Of a DNA stretch of 64,000 nucleotides, positions 24,701-38,200 are shown one piece after another. Source of the DNA: Mobula hypostoma (lineage: Eukaryota); the NCBI RefSeq assembly GCF_963921235.1, contig NC_086117.1:52018001-52082000 (forward strand), read 5' to 3'. The notes under the pieces were generated by a model. The model saw only the letters and a list, made by a program, of their open reading frames with translations. It had not been told where the DNA came from and did no database searches. How positions within the stretch are numbered: position 1 is the stretch's first letter; every line of letters begins with the position of its first letter. The position numbers and the translations under genes are program-made.

Positions 24701-27700
24701 TCATAGGACACATTCCACCCACCAAAGCCCACGGGTCACATTCCACCTACCAAATCTCACAGGACGCATTCCACCCACCAAAGCCCACAGGTCACATTCC
24801 ACCCACCAAATCTCACAGGACACATTCCACCCACCAAAGCCCACAGGTCACATTCCGCCCACCAAATCTCACAGGACACATTCCACCCACCAAATCTCAC
24901 AGGACACATTCCACCCACCAAATGTCACAGGACGCATTCCACCCACCAAATCTCACAGGACACATTCCACCCACCAAAGCCCACAGGTCACATTCCACCC
25001 ACCAAATCTCACAGGACACATTCCACCCACCAAAGCCCACAGGTCACATTCCACCCACCATATCTCACAGGACACATTTCACCCACCAAAGCCCACAGGT
25101 CACATTCCACCCACCAAATCTCACAGGACACATTCCACCCACCAAAGCCCACAGGTCACATTCCACCCACCAAATCTCACAGGACACATTCCACCCACCA
25201 AAGCCCACAGGACACATTCACCTCACCAAAGCCCTCAGGTCACATTCCACCCACCAAATCTCACAGGACACATTCCACCCACCAAATCTCACAGGACACA
25301 TTCCACCCACCAAAGCCCATAAGTCACACAAGAGAAATTCCACTCAGTATGGAAGGGAGGGTTTTAATTTAACATCTCTAATCACAGTTTAAGGTTACAA
25401 GATCAGTTTTGATCTGAGTGTCGATCACTGTCTCAATAGACATGACTTATTCTGCCGCTTAGACTTGCTCAGGGCAGCACAGTGGCGTAGCGGTTAGCGT
25501 AATGTCTGACAGTACCAGCGACCCGGGTTCAATTCCCGCTGCGGTCTGTAAGGAGTTTCTACGTTCTCTAGTGACTGCATGGATTTTTCCAGGTGCTCTG
25601 GTTTCCTCGCACAGTCCGAAGGATTAGCGGTAAGGGTTAGTAAGTTGTGGACGCATTACGTTGCTGCTGGAAGTGTGGTGACCCTTGCAGACTTGCCCTC
25701 AGTTGGTCACTGACACAAACAACACCCTTCACTGTAGGTACGTACGACAACCAAAGTTAATCTTTAATCAAATACCTAGCACTGCTGGGGGGATCGTACT
25801 GCAGGACCCAGTCAACCTCTGGGATGTCGATACCACGAGCCATGACATCCGTGCAAACCAGAATCCCACTGGAAACAGAGAGACAGTCAGTGTGACGGAG
25901 GGGGAAAGCATCGAGTAGTTTGCTGTCCAACTAATAAATAAACTGTAAAATTGTGTCTGACTTAAATCGGAACAGTGGCGGTGCATGTCTCTGTCCAATA
26001 CAGCTCCAAGTGCTCACTGACACGCATGTCTCCCTACACTGCCCTCCCCACTCCCACATTCCCGGCTGTCCGCGATCCCCTCGCTCCCCCAGCACCCCCC
26101 ATCTGTTCTCACTCCCCTCCCCGGCTGTCCGCGATCCCCTCACTCTCCCCACCCCCCAAACTGTTCTCACTCCCCTCCCCAGCTGTTCGCGATCCCCTCA
26201 CTCCCCCCACCCCCCCATCTGTTCTCACTCCCCTCCCTGAGCTGTTCGCGATCCCCTCACTCCCCCCACCCCCCATCTGTTCTCACTCCCCTCCCCGGCT
26301 GTCCGCAATCCCCTCACTCCCCCCACCCCCCCATCTGTTCTCACTCCCCTCCCTGAGCTGTTTGCGATCCCCTCACTCCCCCCACCCCCATCTGTTCTCA
26401 CTCCCCTCCCCGGGCTGTTCGCGATCCCCTCACTCCCCCCACCCCCCCATCTGTTCTCACTCCCCTCCCCGGGCTGTCTGCGATCCCCTCCCTCCCCCCG
26501 GGTGCATGTTTGCAATGGGGTGACAGGATAGCTCGATGACACAGCCGGTTCCACCCTGACGTCCAGCGCTGTCTGTGCAGAGTCTGCACGTTCTCTCCAT
26601 GACTACAACGGTCACACCCGGGAGCTCTGGTTTCCTCCCACGTCCCAAAGACGCGGGTGAGGATTGGCTAATCGGCCGCTGTGAATTGTGTGGATGAGTA
26701 GGAGAATCTGGGGGAGGTTGATGGGATGGTAGGGAGGAAAATGGGCTGAACGACCAGTCATTCTCAGCACAGAGCCCGTACTGACGCCAGTGCCTCCTTA
26801 CATAGCAATCCAATCCGCCACGTCCATTACCGTCTCCTTGTCTAGTGAATTCTAATCAAGTGAGGTCAGCGTAGCAGGTAACAGGGTAGGAGACGTGAGT
26901 ATCCGCCAAAGGCCAGTCCGCTTATTCATTCATTCACGATTGTTCTTGGCAAATTTTTCTACGGAAGTGGTTTGCCATTGCCTCCTTCCGGGCAGTGTCT
27001 TTACAAGTCGGGTGACTCCAGCCATTATCAATACTCTTCAGAGATTGTCTGCCTGGTGTCAGTGGTCACGTAACCAGGACTTGTGATCTGCACCAGCTGC
27101 TACACCTTGCCCAAAGGTGACCTGCAGGCCAGTGGAGGGAAAGAGCACCTTACACATCCTCTGGCAGAGACGTATCTGCAACCTGCTGCTTAAATCTGCT
27201 AACAGCAACGGCAAAACATGCTGATGTATTTAACATCACAAGCAGTAACTTTCCCTGTTGTGCATGCCTCTTAAACCTTCCGCAGCACTCTAACGCTGCT
27301 GTCCTACCACACAGCACAAATCAGTGCCTCCCTGTGGCTCAGCGACTGCCCCCACCCACCGAGAACCCCCCTCACCCCCGCCGAAATCCAGCCATCTACC
27401 TGTCGAGCTGTCGGAACTCTGTGAAGATACTTTGGCGTTTCTGCTTCATTTTCCCATGGATACGCATGATCCGGACGTTCTTCACCACCTTGTCCAGCGC
27501 ACTCCCGTAATATTCCACACAGGCACACGTACTGAAACAGACACCTGGGTTACATCGAGTGTGGAAAAGCACAGGTCCTTCAGCTGACCCTTTAACCTAC
27601 TCTACAATCAACCTAACCCTTCCCTCTCACAATCCTCCACGTTTCTGTCATCAGTGTGCCTACAGAGTCGTAGAAAAGTACGACACAGAAACAGGCCCTT

Positions 27701-30700
27701 CAGCCCATCTATCGCATGCCGAACTATTTAAACTGCCTATTCCCATTGACCTGCAACAGGACCATAACCCTCCATATCCATCCCATCCATGTACCTACCC
27801 AAACTTTTCTTACACGTTGAAATTGAACTTGCATAAACCACTTGTTCTAGCAGCTCGTTCCACACTCTCAGTGCCCCCGAGTGTAGAAGTTTTCCCTCAA
27901 GTTCCCCTTAATCCTTTCACCCTTAACCCATGGCATCTAGTAGCAGTCCCATCCATCCTCAGTGGAAGAAGGCTGCTTACATTTACCATATCTATACCCC
28001 TCAAAATGTTGTCTACCTCTATCAAATCTGCTCTCAATCTTCTAAGTTCCAAGGTATAAAGTCCTAACCTATTCAGTCTTTTCATATAACTTAACAGTTT
28101 CTTGTGTCTCTTATGTATCACCCCTGGCAGTGCATTCCACACACTCACTACTCTCTGTGTAAAAATCCTACCTCTGACCTCCCCCCTACAATTTCCTCCA
28201 ATCACCTTAAAATTTTGCCCTCGTGTATTCATCATTTCCACCCTGGGGAAAAAGTCTCTGGCTGTCCATTTGATTGATGCCTCTTATTGTCTTGTACACC
28301 TCGATCAAGTCAGCTCTCAACCTCCTTCGCTCCAGAGAGAAAAGTCACAGCTTGCTCAACCTTCCCTTATAAAGACATGCTGTCTGATCCAGACAGCTTC
28401 CTGGTGAACCCCCTGTGCAGTTGCACTGGGGAGGGCAAAGCAAGCCAGGCGGGGAGGGAGGCCCCAGCTCCCAGTCATCACATCTTCACGACCCCGGGTG
28501 GGGGGGAAGTTCACTCCTTAGTTCCTCGGTAAATTCATGACCAACAGACCCTGTGGTCGGCTTTACGATCTGAATCAGGGGTGGCACGGTAGCACAGCGG
28601 TTAGCGCCACACTTCACAGCGGCAGCTGTAACCTCACTTGGGGTTCAGTTCCCGCCACTGTCAGTAAAGAGGTTGTACGTTCCCCCAGGACCACAAGAGT
28701 TTCCTCTCACATTCGAAAGGTGTACTGCATGGGTTAGCGCTAGTGGGTTTTGGGCACACTATGTGGATGTCGGAAGCATGGCAACACCTGTGGGCTGCCC
28801 CCTGCACAATCCCCGGACTGTGTTGGGTTGTTGGTTGTGTACATGTTCCAACGTACATGTGACAAGTAAAGCTATTCTTTAATCCTGCCACAACTGTCCA
28901 GCAAGGATTAATACATTGAACAGCATAGATAGCGTGGACTTAGAGAGGATGTTTCCCATGGTGAGGGAGTCTAGGACTGGGGTGGGGGCAGAGTCAGAAT
29001 AGGAGGATGTTTCTTTAAAATGGAGATGAGGAGGTATTTCTTTAGCCAAAGGGTGATAAATCTGAGGAATTCATTGCCACAGACAGCTGTGGAGGCCAAG
29101 TCATTGGGTATATTTAAAGCAGAGGTTGATCAACCAATATGGAATGGCACAACAGACTCGATGGGCCAAATGGCCTAGTTCTTCTCCTATGTTTTAAGAT
29201 CTAACAACAAATCTCTGCTCCATGTTGCGTTATCCACAAGGCATTTCTGACTAATTCCCCACTCCTGGTACCTCAGAGGGTTGTGGGTGTTGTGTTAGTA
29301 GGTACAGTCAACCTCACATTGTGACCATTCGGGTATCGGAAGCTTGCCTTACAGAGCTCACACACTACCCAAAAACTTGAGATCCTAAATATTACACTTC
29401 CACTGAATTTACATAGGAAAAAATGAAATTTATTTTTCAACTTGTAATTCTTGTCATTTGCTCAAGATGGTGAGGTTTTGCATTACAGAAGTCATGATGT
29501 GGACAGCTTTCCCAGAAACACAGCAGGAACTAGGCTGTCGACTGGACTAGGCAGTGCAAATAGTTCAGCACAGACTAGATGGGCCAAAGAGCCTGGTCCT
29601 GTGCTGTAGTTTTCTCTGACTCTAACGTTGGGGTGCCTCAGTAGCACAGTGGTTAGCGAGACAGTTTTACAGCTCAGGGCTTTCTGAGTTTGGAGTTCAG
29701 TTCCAGCCCGTCCATCAGGAGCCTGTACGTTCTCCCCATGACCTCATGGGTTTCCTCTGGGTGTTCCGGTTAATAGGTCAATTTGTCATTGTATATTGTC
29801 CCATGATTAGGCTAGGGTTGAACTGGTTGGTGGCTGTACGATGCAGCTCGTTGGGTGGGAAGAGCCTGTCCCTCACTGTACCTCTGAATAAATAAACTCT
29901 CCCATAATGCAGGGTCCACAACTGAGGGTCTATCTGGGTTAGCCAGGAATTCCAATAGGGCCAGGACTAATGATGGAGACACCAAGGGCAGTAGAGGCTG
30001 GAATCTGTACCAACACACTCAGTGCTGATCCACAGGCCACATTCTTTGCTCCCTCATCAGTCATCACACTATTGTGTGTAAATGCTGCTCTGGACACACA
30101 GATTATATCTGTTCCTGGCCCTCCGTTAAACTCACCAAGGTCCCAGTTCTCTTGGCTGTCTGTACCCCTCCCACTTCCCCGGTTCCCAGGGCCTCAGTTG
30201 CGGAGTTTCCTTTAAACTTACCTGGAAGTGCCCGGCAAGCGAGGGAGTGCACCGGAAGTGTGTTGGCGGAAAGGCCCCACCTCACCAGTGTGCCGGGGTA
30301 ATCAGGGTTTTCACACAGTGGTAATTAAACACAAAATGACGCTTACAGCGGGAGCAACATTTACCTGAAGAAAACGAGGTGTTTCTGCTTTTTATGCTTC
30401 CGGAGGAAGGCAACTAACTGATTAAACTTCTCATCCGCTCGACAGATCTGTGAAGCAAACATCACCAGGATGAAGGACAAAGGAACGTGGACGGCTGTGG
30501 ATACGGGGTTGGAGAGAGAAGTGACTGGGTCAAAGGCGGGCAGGGACGGGGAGGACGTGCGGCGGAGGCAGAGCAATGGGACCATGGGTTGGGATGGATC
30601 GGAACCAAAAGCATGGGGGCGGGGGCGGAGGGGGGCATAATGTTGTCAGTGGTACTGGGATAAGGAGGGGATACATGTCAGAACCAACTCCTGCAGACGG

Positions 30701-33700
30701 TACTTTTGGGGAGGATACATTCCTGGACCAGAGCAGGGATACACAGACAGGGAGAACAATCTCTTCCTTTTCTCAACAGCCCTGCCTCCTCTCGGGGAAC
30801 AGGCCAGTGACAAACATCCATTCGGAGGGCACCGACTCCCAGGACCACGTCCTGCTTCCTGTACAGACTCCAGTCCACTGTCCCTGCTTCTCCATCTCTC
30901 ATCTTCCCCGACCCTTCCCCAAAATCTCTGCTCTACCAGAGCTGACAGACTCTCAAACGTTAAGACAAGAGATCCTGCAGATGCTGGAAATCCAGAGCAA
31001 CACACACAAAATGCTGGAGGAACTCAGCAGATAAGGCAGCATCTATGGAAATTAATAAACAGCCGACATTTCGAGCCAAGACTCGATTAAGACTGGAAAG
31101 GAAGGCGGAAGATGCCAGAATAGAAAAGAGGAAATGAAGTAAGAAACTGGTAGGTGATAGTTGGGAAAGTTAAAGGGCTGGAGAAGGAAGAATCTGATAG
31201 TAGAGGAGAGTGGACCCTGCGAGAAAGAGAATGAGGAGAGGCACCGACGAGGTGGATAGGCAGGTGAGGAAGAGAGGTGGGGGGGTAGAGTGGGGAATTG
31301 AAAAAGAGGGAAAGAATTTCCGCAAGTTGGAGAAATTGATGTTCATGCCATCACTTTGGAGGCTACCTAGACAGAATATAAGGTGTCGCTCCTCCAACCT
31401 GAGAGTGGCCTCGTCGTGGCAGAAGAGGAAGCCATGTTGTGACATGGCAGAACGGGAATGGGGATAGGAATTAGAATAGTTGGCCACTGGGAAATTCCGC
31501 TTTTTGTGGATGGAGCGGAGGTGCTCGACCACACCTGTTTCATCGCCCATATCTCTGCTTCATCCCCTCCACTATCAGATTGAATGGACAATGAATCTAA
31601 CGCTACCTCACTATTTTTTTTTGTTCTCTTTTCACGTTACTCCTAAATTTAATTTTTTATTTATATTTCTCGTTATAATTTACAGATTTTTTTTATGATA
31701 ATGTATTGCTACCACAGAACAACACATTTCACAACATATGCCAGTGATGTTAAACCTGATTCTAATTCCGTGGGATCTCACCGTGTAATAGTTGTGCAGC
31801 CGGATGGGTGTCTTCTGGGTGCTGTCCGCCGCCATTCCCTTCTCCTTCACCGTGATGCGGACGGGGTTACGCAGCCCCGCTCGCACCAGGGTCTCCACCT
31901 CGTCCGTCTGAGTGGCCGAGAAGAGCCCCGTTCTCCGCTGCTTCGGCAGGAAGCCCAGGATGGTGTTCAGGCTGCAGAGGCACAACGCACAGAGTCAGGA
32001 GTCGGTGACGCACAGCACCAGCACAGTGTCCGACCCGTGGGGGCTCTACCTCCCTGGCGATCGGGCGGGCTCTCAGCTTACAGCTTCAGTGAACACAGTT
32101 AAAGCCCCGTTCACCCCATCCCCGAGCTCGCCACTCTCACGAGCAAAAACCTCACCTGGCTTCAAACCCCAGGTCGAGGAGGCGGTCGGCCTCATCCAGC
32201 ACCAACACGTCCAGGCTCTTCACGCAGCTGGCAAGGTCCAATCCATCCGCCCGCCGCCTAAACATGTCCTCCAGACGGCCAGGGGTGCCCACCACAATGT
32301 TCCCTCTGTGGGCAGAACGCACCTCCCAGTTATTCTGTTGGTTAGGGAAGTACCCACCCGTTACCCTCCGTCCCTGAATGGCGATCATAGGCCAAGCCTC
32401 ATGGCTGAACACACAAGGCTAAACCACACTGGCAGGGGCACTGCACGCCAGACCCGAGCTCTCTCAAGTGGATGCACCATGGGAAGAGCAGGAGCAAACT
32501 CTGCTTGTTATCACGCTGCTCCTCATAGGAGCTTAATGTGTGCGAAGAGGCTGCCCCATTTCGTACATCACCACGGTAACCGCTCCTCCAAACTCCTTCA
32601 GGTTAGCAGTCACTCGGGGGTTAGGACACTATCGACAGCATAATGATGGGTTAACTAGTTTGAGAACCAGTCTTCAGGAAATAAAATCTGTACACAATTA
32701 ACATAGCGTGATACTACTACACTGGGGCTGTCAGAGTTCAGAGTTCAATTCTGACATCATCTGCAAGGAGTCTGCACATCCCCCCTGTGGAAAGCCTGGG
32801 TTTCCTCCCACAGTCCAAAGACCAGCAGTAGGCTAATTGGTCATTGTAAATTGTCCTGTGATTAGGCCAAGGTTAAACATAGAACATAGAATAGTACAGC
32901 ACAGTACAGGCCCTTCGGCCCACAATGTTGTGCCGACCCTCAAACTCTGCCTCCCATATAACCCCCCACCTTAAATTCCTCCATATACCTGTCTAGTAGT
33001 CTCTTAAACTTCACTAGTGTATCTGCCTCCACCACTGACTCAGGCAGTGCATTCCACGCACCAACCACTCTCTGAGTAAAAAACCTTCCACTAATATCCC
33101 CCTTGAACTTCCCACCCCTTACCTTAAAGCCATGTCCTCTTGTATTGAGCAGTGGCGCCCTGGGGAAGAGGTGCTGGCTATCCACTCTATCTATTCCTCT
33201 TATTATCTTGTACACCTCTATCATGTCTCCTCTCATCCTCCTTCTCTCCAAAGAGTAAAGCCCTAGCTCCCTTAATCTCTGAAACCAGGGGTTACAGGAG
33301 GCGGGCTGGAGATACGTCCTTATCAAAGGAGGTGTAAGGCGCTCTACCCTCCGCTAGCCTGTAGGTTACCGTTGAGCAAGCTGTAGCACCTGCTTAGCCA
33401 CACCCACCCCCACCCCCCCAAATCAGGACTATGTGAAGCCGTGGGAATAGGTGGTGGATGGCCATACGAGCAGCTGGTGTGTATCACAATTCCTGGTTCT
33501 GCGGCCTCTGACGGCAGGCAGACAATCTCTGAAGAGGTTGCCTTTTCTCCTCTACACTGGTGAGACCCGTCGTAAACTGGGGGACTGCTTCACCATCCGT
33601 CACAAGCGGGACGTCCTGGTGGCCAAAAATTTTAATGCTGATTCCCATTCCGACATGTCGGTCACACTTGTGCCAAGATGAGGCCACCCTCAGGGTGGAG

Positions 33701-35174
33701 CAGTAAAACCTTACATTCTGTCCAACCTGATGGCATGAATATCGATTTCTCCTGCCAGTAAAAAAAATTTCCCTCCCCTCCTCTTTTTCCGTTCCCCACC
33801 CTGGCCTCTCACCCCTCCTCACATGCCTATCATCTCCCAGAGTCCCCTCCTCCCCTTTCTCCCATGGGTTATGCTGTTATTTTTATATATATATTTTTTT
33901 TTGTAACTGTATGTTTTTCTGCTATCATAATTATATGTGCTGTGTGCTGTGTGATGCATCTGCCTGGTGGTACTGTGATTTATACTTTGGCCCCGAAAGA
34001 ACATTGTTTCATTTAGAGGTATTCATGTGTATGGTTGAATGATGATTAAATTTGAACTTGAACATTCACCTTCCACTGCCAGAGAGCTCAGGGAGGGCCA
34101 GAAATGGACAGGGAGATAGACCAGAGAGCTCAGGGAGGGCCAGAAATGGACAGGGAGATAGACCAGAGAGCTCAGGGAGGGCCAGAAATGGACAGGGAGA
34201 TAGACCAGAGAGCTCAGGGACAGAAATGGACAGGGAGATAGACCAGAGAGCTCAGGGAGGGCCAGAAATGGACAGGGAGATAGACCAGAGAGCTCAGGGA
34301 GGGCCAGAAATGGACAGGGAGATAGACCAGAGAGCTCAGGGAGGGCCAGAAATGGACAGGGAGATAGACCAGAGACACAGGGACAGAAATGGACAGGGAG
34401 ATAGACCAGAGAGCACAGGGACAGAAATGGACAGGGAGATAGACCAGAGAGCACAGGGACAGAAATGGACAGGGAGATAGACCAGAGAGCACAGGGAGGG
34501 ACAGAGAGCTCAGGGACAGAAATGGACAGGGAGATAGACCAGAGAGCACAGGGACAGAAATGGACAGGGAAATAGACTAAAGAGCACAGGGAGGGACAGA
34601 AATGTACAGGGAAATAGACCAGAGGACATGGTAGATGGGTAAGAAGTCCACACTCACCCCTGCTCCTTGAACCTCTCAACATCTTCGATTGGATTCCTCC
34701 CACCGATGAAGAGAATCTGGCTAAAAGCAGAATCCAGTATCATTTCACGTTTCACTGAATCTACTCACACTCAGAGAGCCAGGGTAGCCCAGTGCAGACC
34801 CCCCTGCAGCTCGGGGCACAACCCTCACCAACCCGCGCCCACCACTCATTCACTGGAGCCGAGAGGTTTGCAATCTCACCTGAACTGCGGGAAGTGCACG
34901 GTGAAGTGCCTGAGCACCTCATCAATTTGGATAGCCAGCTCCCGGGTGGGAGTGACGATCAGGGCCCCCACCTGGATACGGGAGGGAAAGAACACAGAGT
35001 TACTCTTCAAAATGCCAGCCGGCAGAGAGGACCTAGATTTCAGCACTTTACTTGAAGTTTATGTTCATCTCCCTGTGCATTTATACATCAAACGAAGCAA
35101 CATGCCTCCAGATAACAGTGTACCCACAAAACATATCACACACGGTAATTACAGAACTGTGCAAAAGTATCAGG

Positions 35175-35238
<64 letters not shown>

Positions 35239-38200
35239 TAGCTAAGGTTCCTAAGTCTTTTGCCTAGTACTGCAGTAATTTTGTATATTGCACTGAACTG
35301 CTGCCGCAAAAAAGAACAAATTTCGTGACGTGAGTGACGATAAACCTGATTCTGATCTGGGTCTCTATTGTGGACTGAGAGTGGGAAGGGGGCAGGGAGA
35401 GGGGAATCATGGTTGGGAAAAGGGGAAGGGAGAGGGGAGGGAGTGGGAAGCACCAGAGAGACATTCCGTGATGATCAGAAAACCAACTGTTTGGAATCAA
35501 AGGACCTTGCCTGGTGTCTCAGGGCTGGGTGTGCCTGCACCTGTACTAGCAACCCCGCACCCACACCAGCCCTGGCACTGCTTCTCTGCCAACCGTCCCA
35601 CAACGTTCCTGTGACCCTTCACCCTCACCATTCCCAACACCCTCTGCTCCCGCCAGATTTACACTCACTCTCCGCTCCACTTCCACAAATACAGTACTAG
35701 CTATATATACTGTATGTACCTAAGACTTCTGCACAGTACTGTAAAACAAAATATTCCAAAAATAACTTAATAAAATATAACTTAAAATGCATGTGGCGCA
35801 CAGCAGAGGTAAACAATAACCAGCTCGTTGTCTGAGTGATGAGAGCTCGATGGTGGTAAGGTATTCACTGGCCTGAGGGAAGAAGCTGTTTTCCAGTCTG
35901 GCAGTCCTATTCCTGCTGCTCCTGTACCTTCTTCCTGATGGTAGATTATGGGATGGATGGCAAGGATGCTCAATGACACTTCAGACCCCCAACGCTTCGG
36001 GACTTCAGAAAATGATTCACTTAGAAAAGAACACATTCTTCAGAAGAGAAGAATGAGGGAGAGGATCTCACTGAAACCTACCAGGAATCAAAAGGCTGAG
36101 ACAGAATTAACGTTGAGTGGATGTTTCCAATAGTGAGAGTCGAGGATCAGAGGGCACAGCTCAGAATACAAGAACATGCCTTCAGAACAGAGATTAGGAG
36201 GAATTTTTTTAGATAGAGGGTGGTGAGACTATGGAACTTATTCCCACAGAGAGATCTGCAAGCCAAGTCACTGAGTGTATTTAAAGCAGAGGTTGATAGC
36301 TTCCTGATTAGTAAGGTTGTCATAGGTTACAGGGAGAAAGCAAGAAAAATGGAGTCACTCAGTACCACAGTGTCAGTCTACAGGGTCGCTCAGTACCACA
36401 GTGTCAGTCTAGGACAGGGTCGCTCAGTACCACAGTGTCAGTCTAGAACAGAGTCGCTCAGTACCACAGTGTCAGTCTCGGACAGGGTCACTCAGTACCA
36501 CAGTGTCAGTCAACAGGGTCGCTCAGTACCACAGTGTCAGTCTAGGACAGGGTCGCTCAGTACCACAGTGTCAGTCTAGAACAGGGTCACTCAGTACCAC
36601 AGTGTCAGTCTACAGGGTCACTCAGTACTACAGTGTCAGTCTCGGACAGGGTCACTCAGTACCACAGTGTCAGTCTACAGGGTCGCTCAGTACCACAGTG
36701 TCAGTCTAGAACAGGGTCACTCAGTACCACAGTGTCAGTCTAGGACAGGGTCGCTCAGTACCACAGTGTCAGTCTAGAACAGGGTCACTCAGTACCACAG
36801 TGTCAGTCTACAGGGTCGCTCAGTACCACAGTGTCAGTCTACAGGGTCACTCAGTACCACAGTGTCAGTCTCGGACAGGGTCACTCAGTACCACAGTGTC
36901 AGTCTCAGACAGGGTCGCTGAGTACCACAGTGTCAGTCCACAGGGTCGCTCAGTACCACAGTGTCAGTCTCGGACAGGGTCGCTCAGTACCACAGTGTCA
37001 GTCTATAGGGTCACTCAGTACCACAGTGTCAGTCTAGGCCAGGGTCACTCAGTACCACAGTGTCAGTCTACAGGGTCACTCAGTACCACAGTGTCAGTCT
37101 CGGACAGGGTCGTTCGGTTCCACAGTGTCAGTCCACAGGGTCACTCAGTACCACAGTGTCAGTCTAGGACAGGGTCGCTCAGCACCACAGTGTCAGTCTA
37201 GGACACGGTCGCTCAATCCCACAGTGTCAGTCTCAGACAGAGTCACTCAGTAACACAGTGTCAGTCTGCAGGGTCGCTCAGTACCACAGTGTCAGTCTCG
37301 GACAGAGTCACTCAGTTCCACAGTGTCAGTCTACAGGGTCACTCAGTACCACAGTGTCAGTCTACAGGGTCGCTCAGTACCACAGTGTCAGTCTCGGACA
37401 GGGTCGCTCAGTACCACAGCGTCAGTCTACAGGGTCGCTCAGTACCACAGTGTCAGTCCAGGCCAGGGTCACTCAGTAGCACAGTGTCAGTCTACAGGGT
37501 CGCTCAGTACCACAGTGTCAGTCTAGGCCAGGGTCACTCAGTACCACAGTGTCAGTCTCGGACAGGGTCACTCAGTACCACAGTGTCAGTCTCGGACAGG
37601 GTCGCTCAGTACAACAGTGTCAGTCTACAGGGTCGCTAGTACCACAGTGTCAGTCTCGGACAAGGTCGCTCAGTACCACAGTGTCAGTCTAGGACAGGGT
37701 CGCTCAGTACCACAGCGTCAGTCCAGGCCAGGGTCACTCAGTACCACAGTGTCAGTCTCGGACGGGGTCACTCAGTACCACAGTGTCAGTCTACAGGGTC
37801 ACTCAGTACTACAGTGTCAGTCTCGGACAGGGTCACTCAGTACCACAGTGTCAGTCTACAGGGTCACTCAGTACCACAGTGTTAGTCTAGAACAGGGTCA
37901 CTCAGTACCACAGTGTCAGTCTACAGGGTCACTCAGTACCACAGTGTCAGTCTCGGACAGGGACGTTCAGTACCACAGTGTCAGTCTAGGACACGGTCGC
38001 TCAATACCACAGTGTCATTCTCGGACAGGGTCGCTCAGTACCACAGTGTCAGTCTCGGACAGGGTCGCTCAGTACCACAGTGTCAGTCTACAGGGTCACT
38101 CAGTACCACGGTGTCATTCTAGGACAGGGTCGCTCAGTACCACAGTGTCAGTCTACAGGGTCGCTCAGTACCACAGTGTCAGTCTCGGACAGGGACGCTC

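Noticed and set aside
23283-25322. 679-aa His/Pro/Thr-rich ORF and overlapping ORFs
   Set aside because: Translation of the stop-free 28-bp minisatellite; several frames give the same periodic peptide and it lies antisense in a DDX55 intron
25471-25545. tRNA-like A and B boxes
   Set aside because: No complete cloverleaf; continues into a SINE core repeated many times in the window
30215-30330. ACTTACCTGG resembling the 5' end of U1 snRNA
   Set aside because: The following sequence has no U1 stem-loops or Sm site; better read as a consensus 5' splice site on the minus strand
31695-35245. Plus-strand ORFs of 135-243 aa opposite DDX55 exons
   Set aside because: Antisense shadows of GC-rich coding exons or repeats, with no recognisable domain or splice structure
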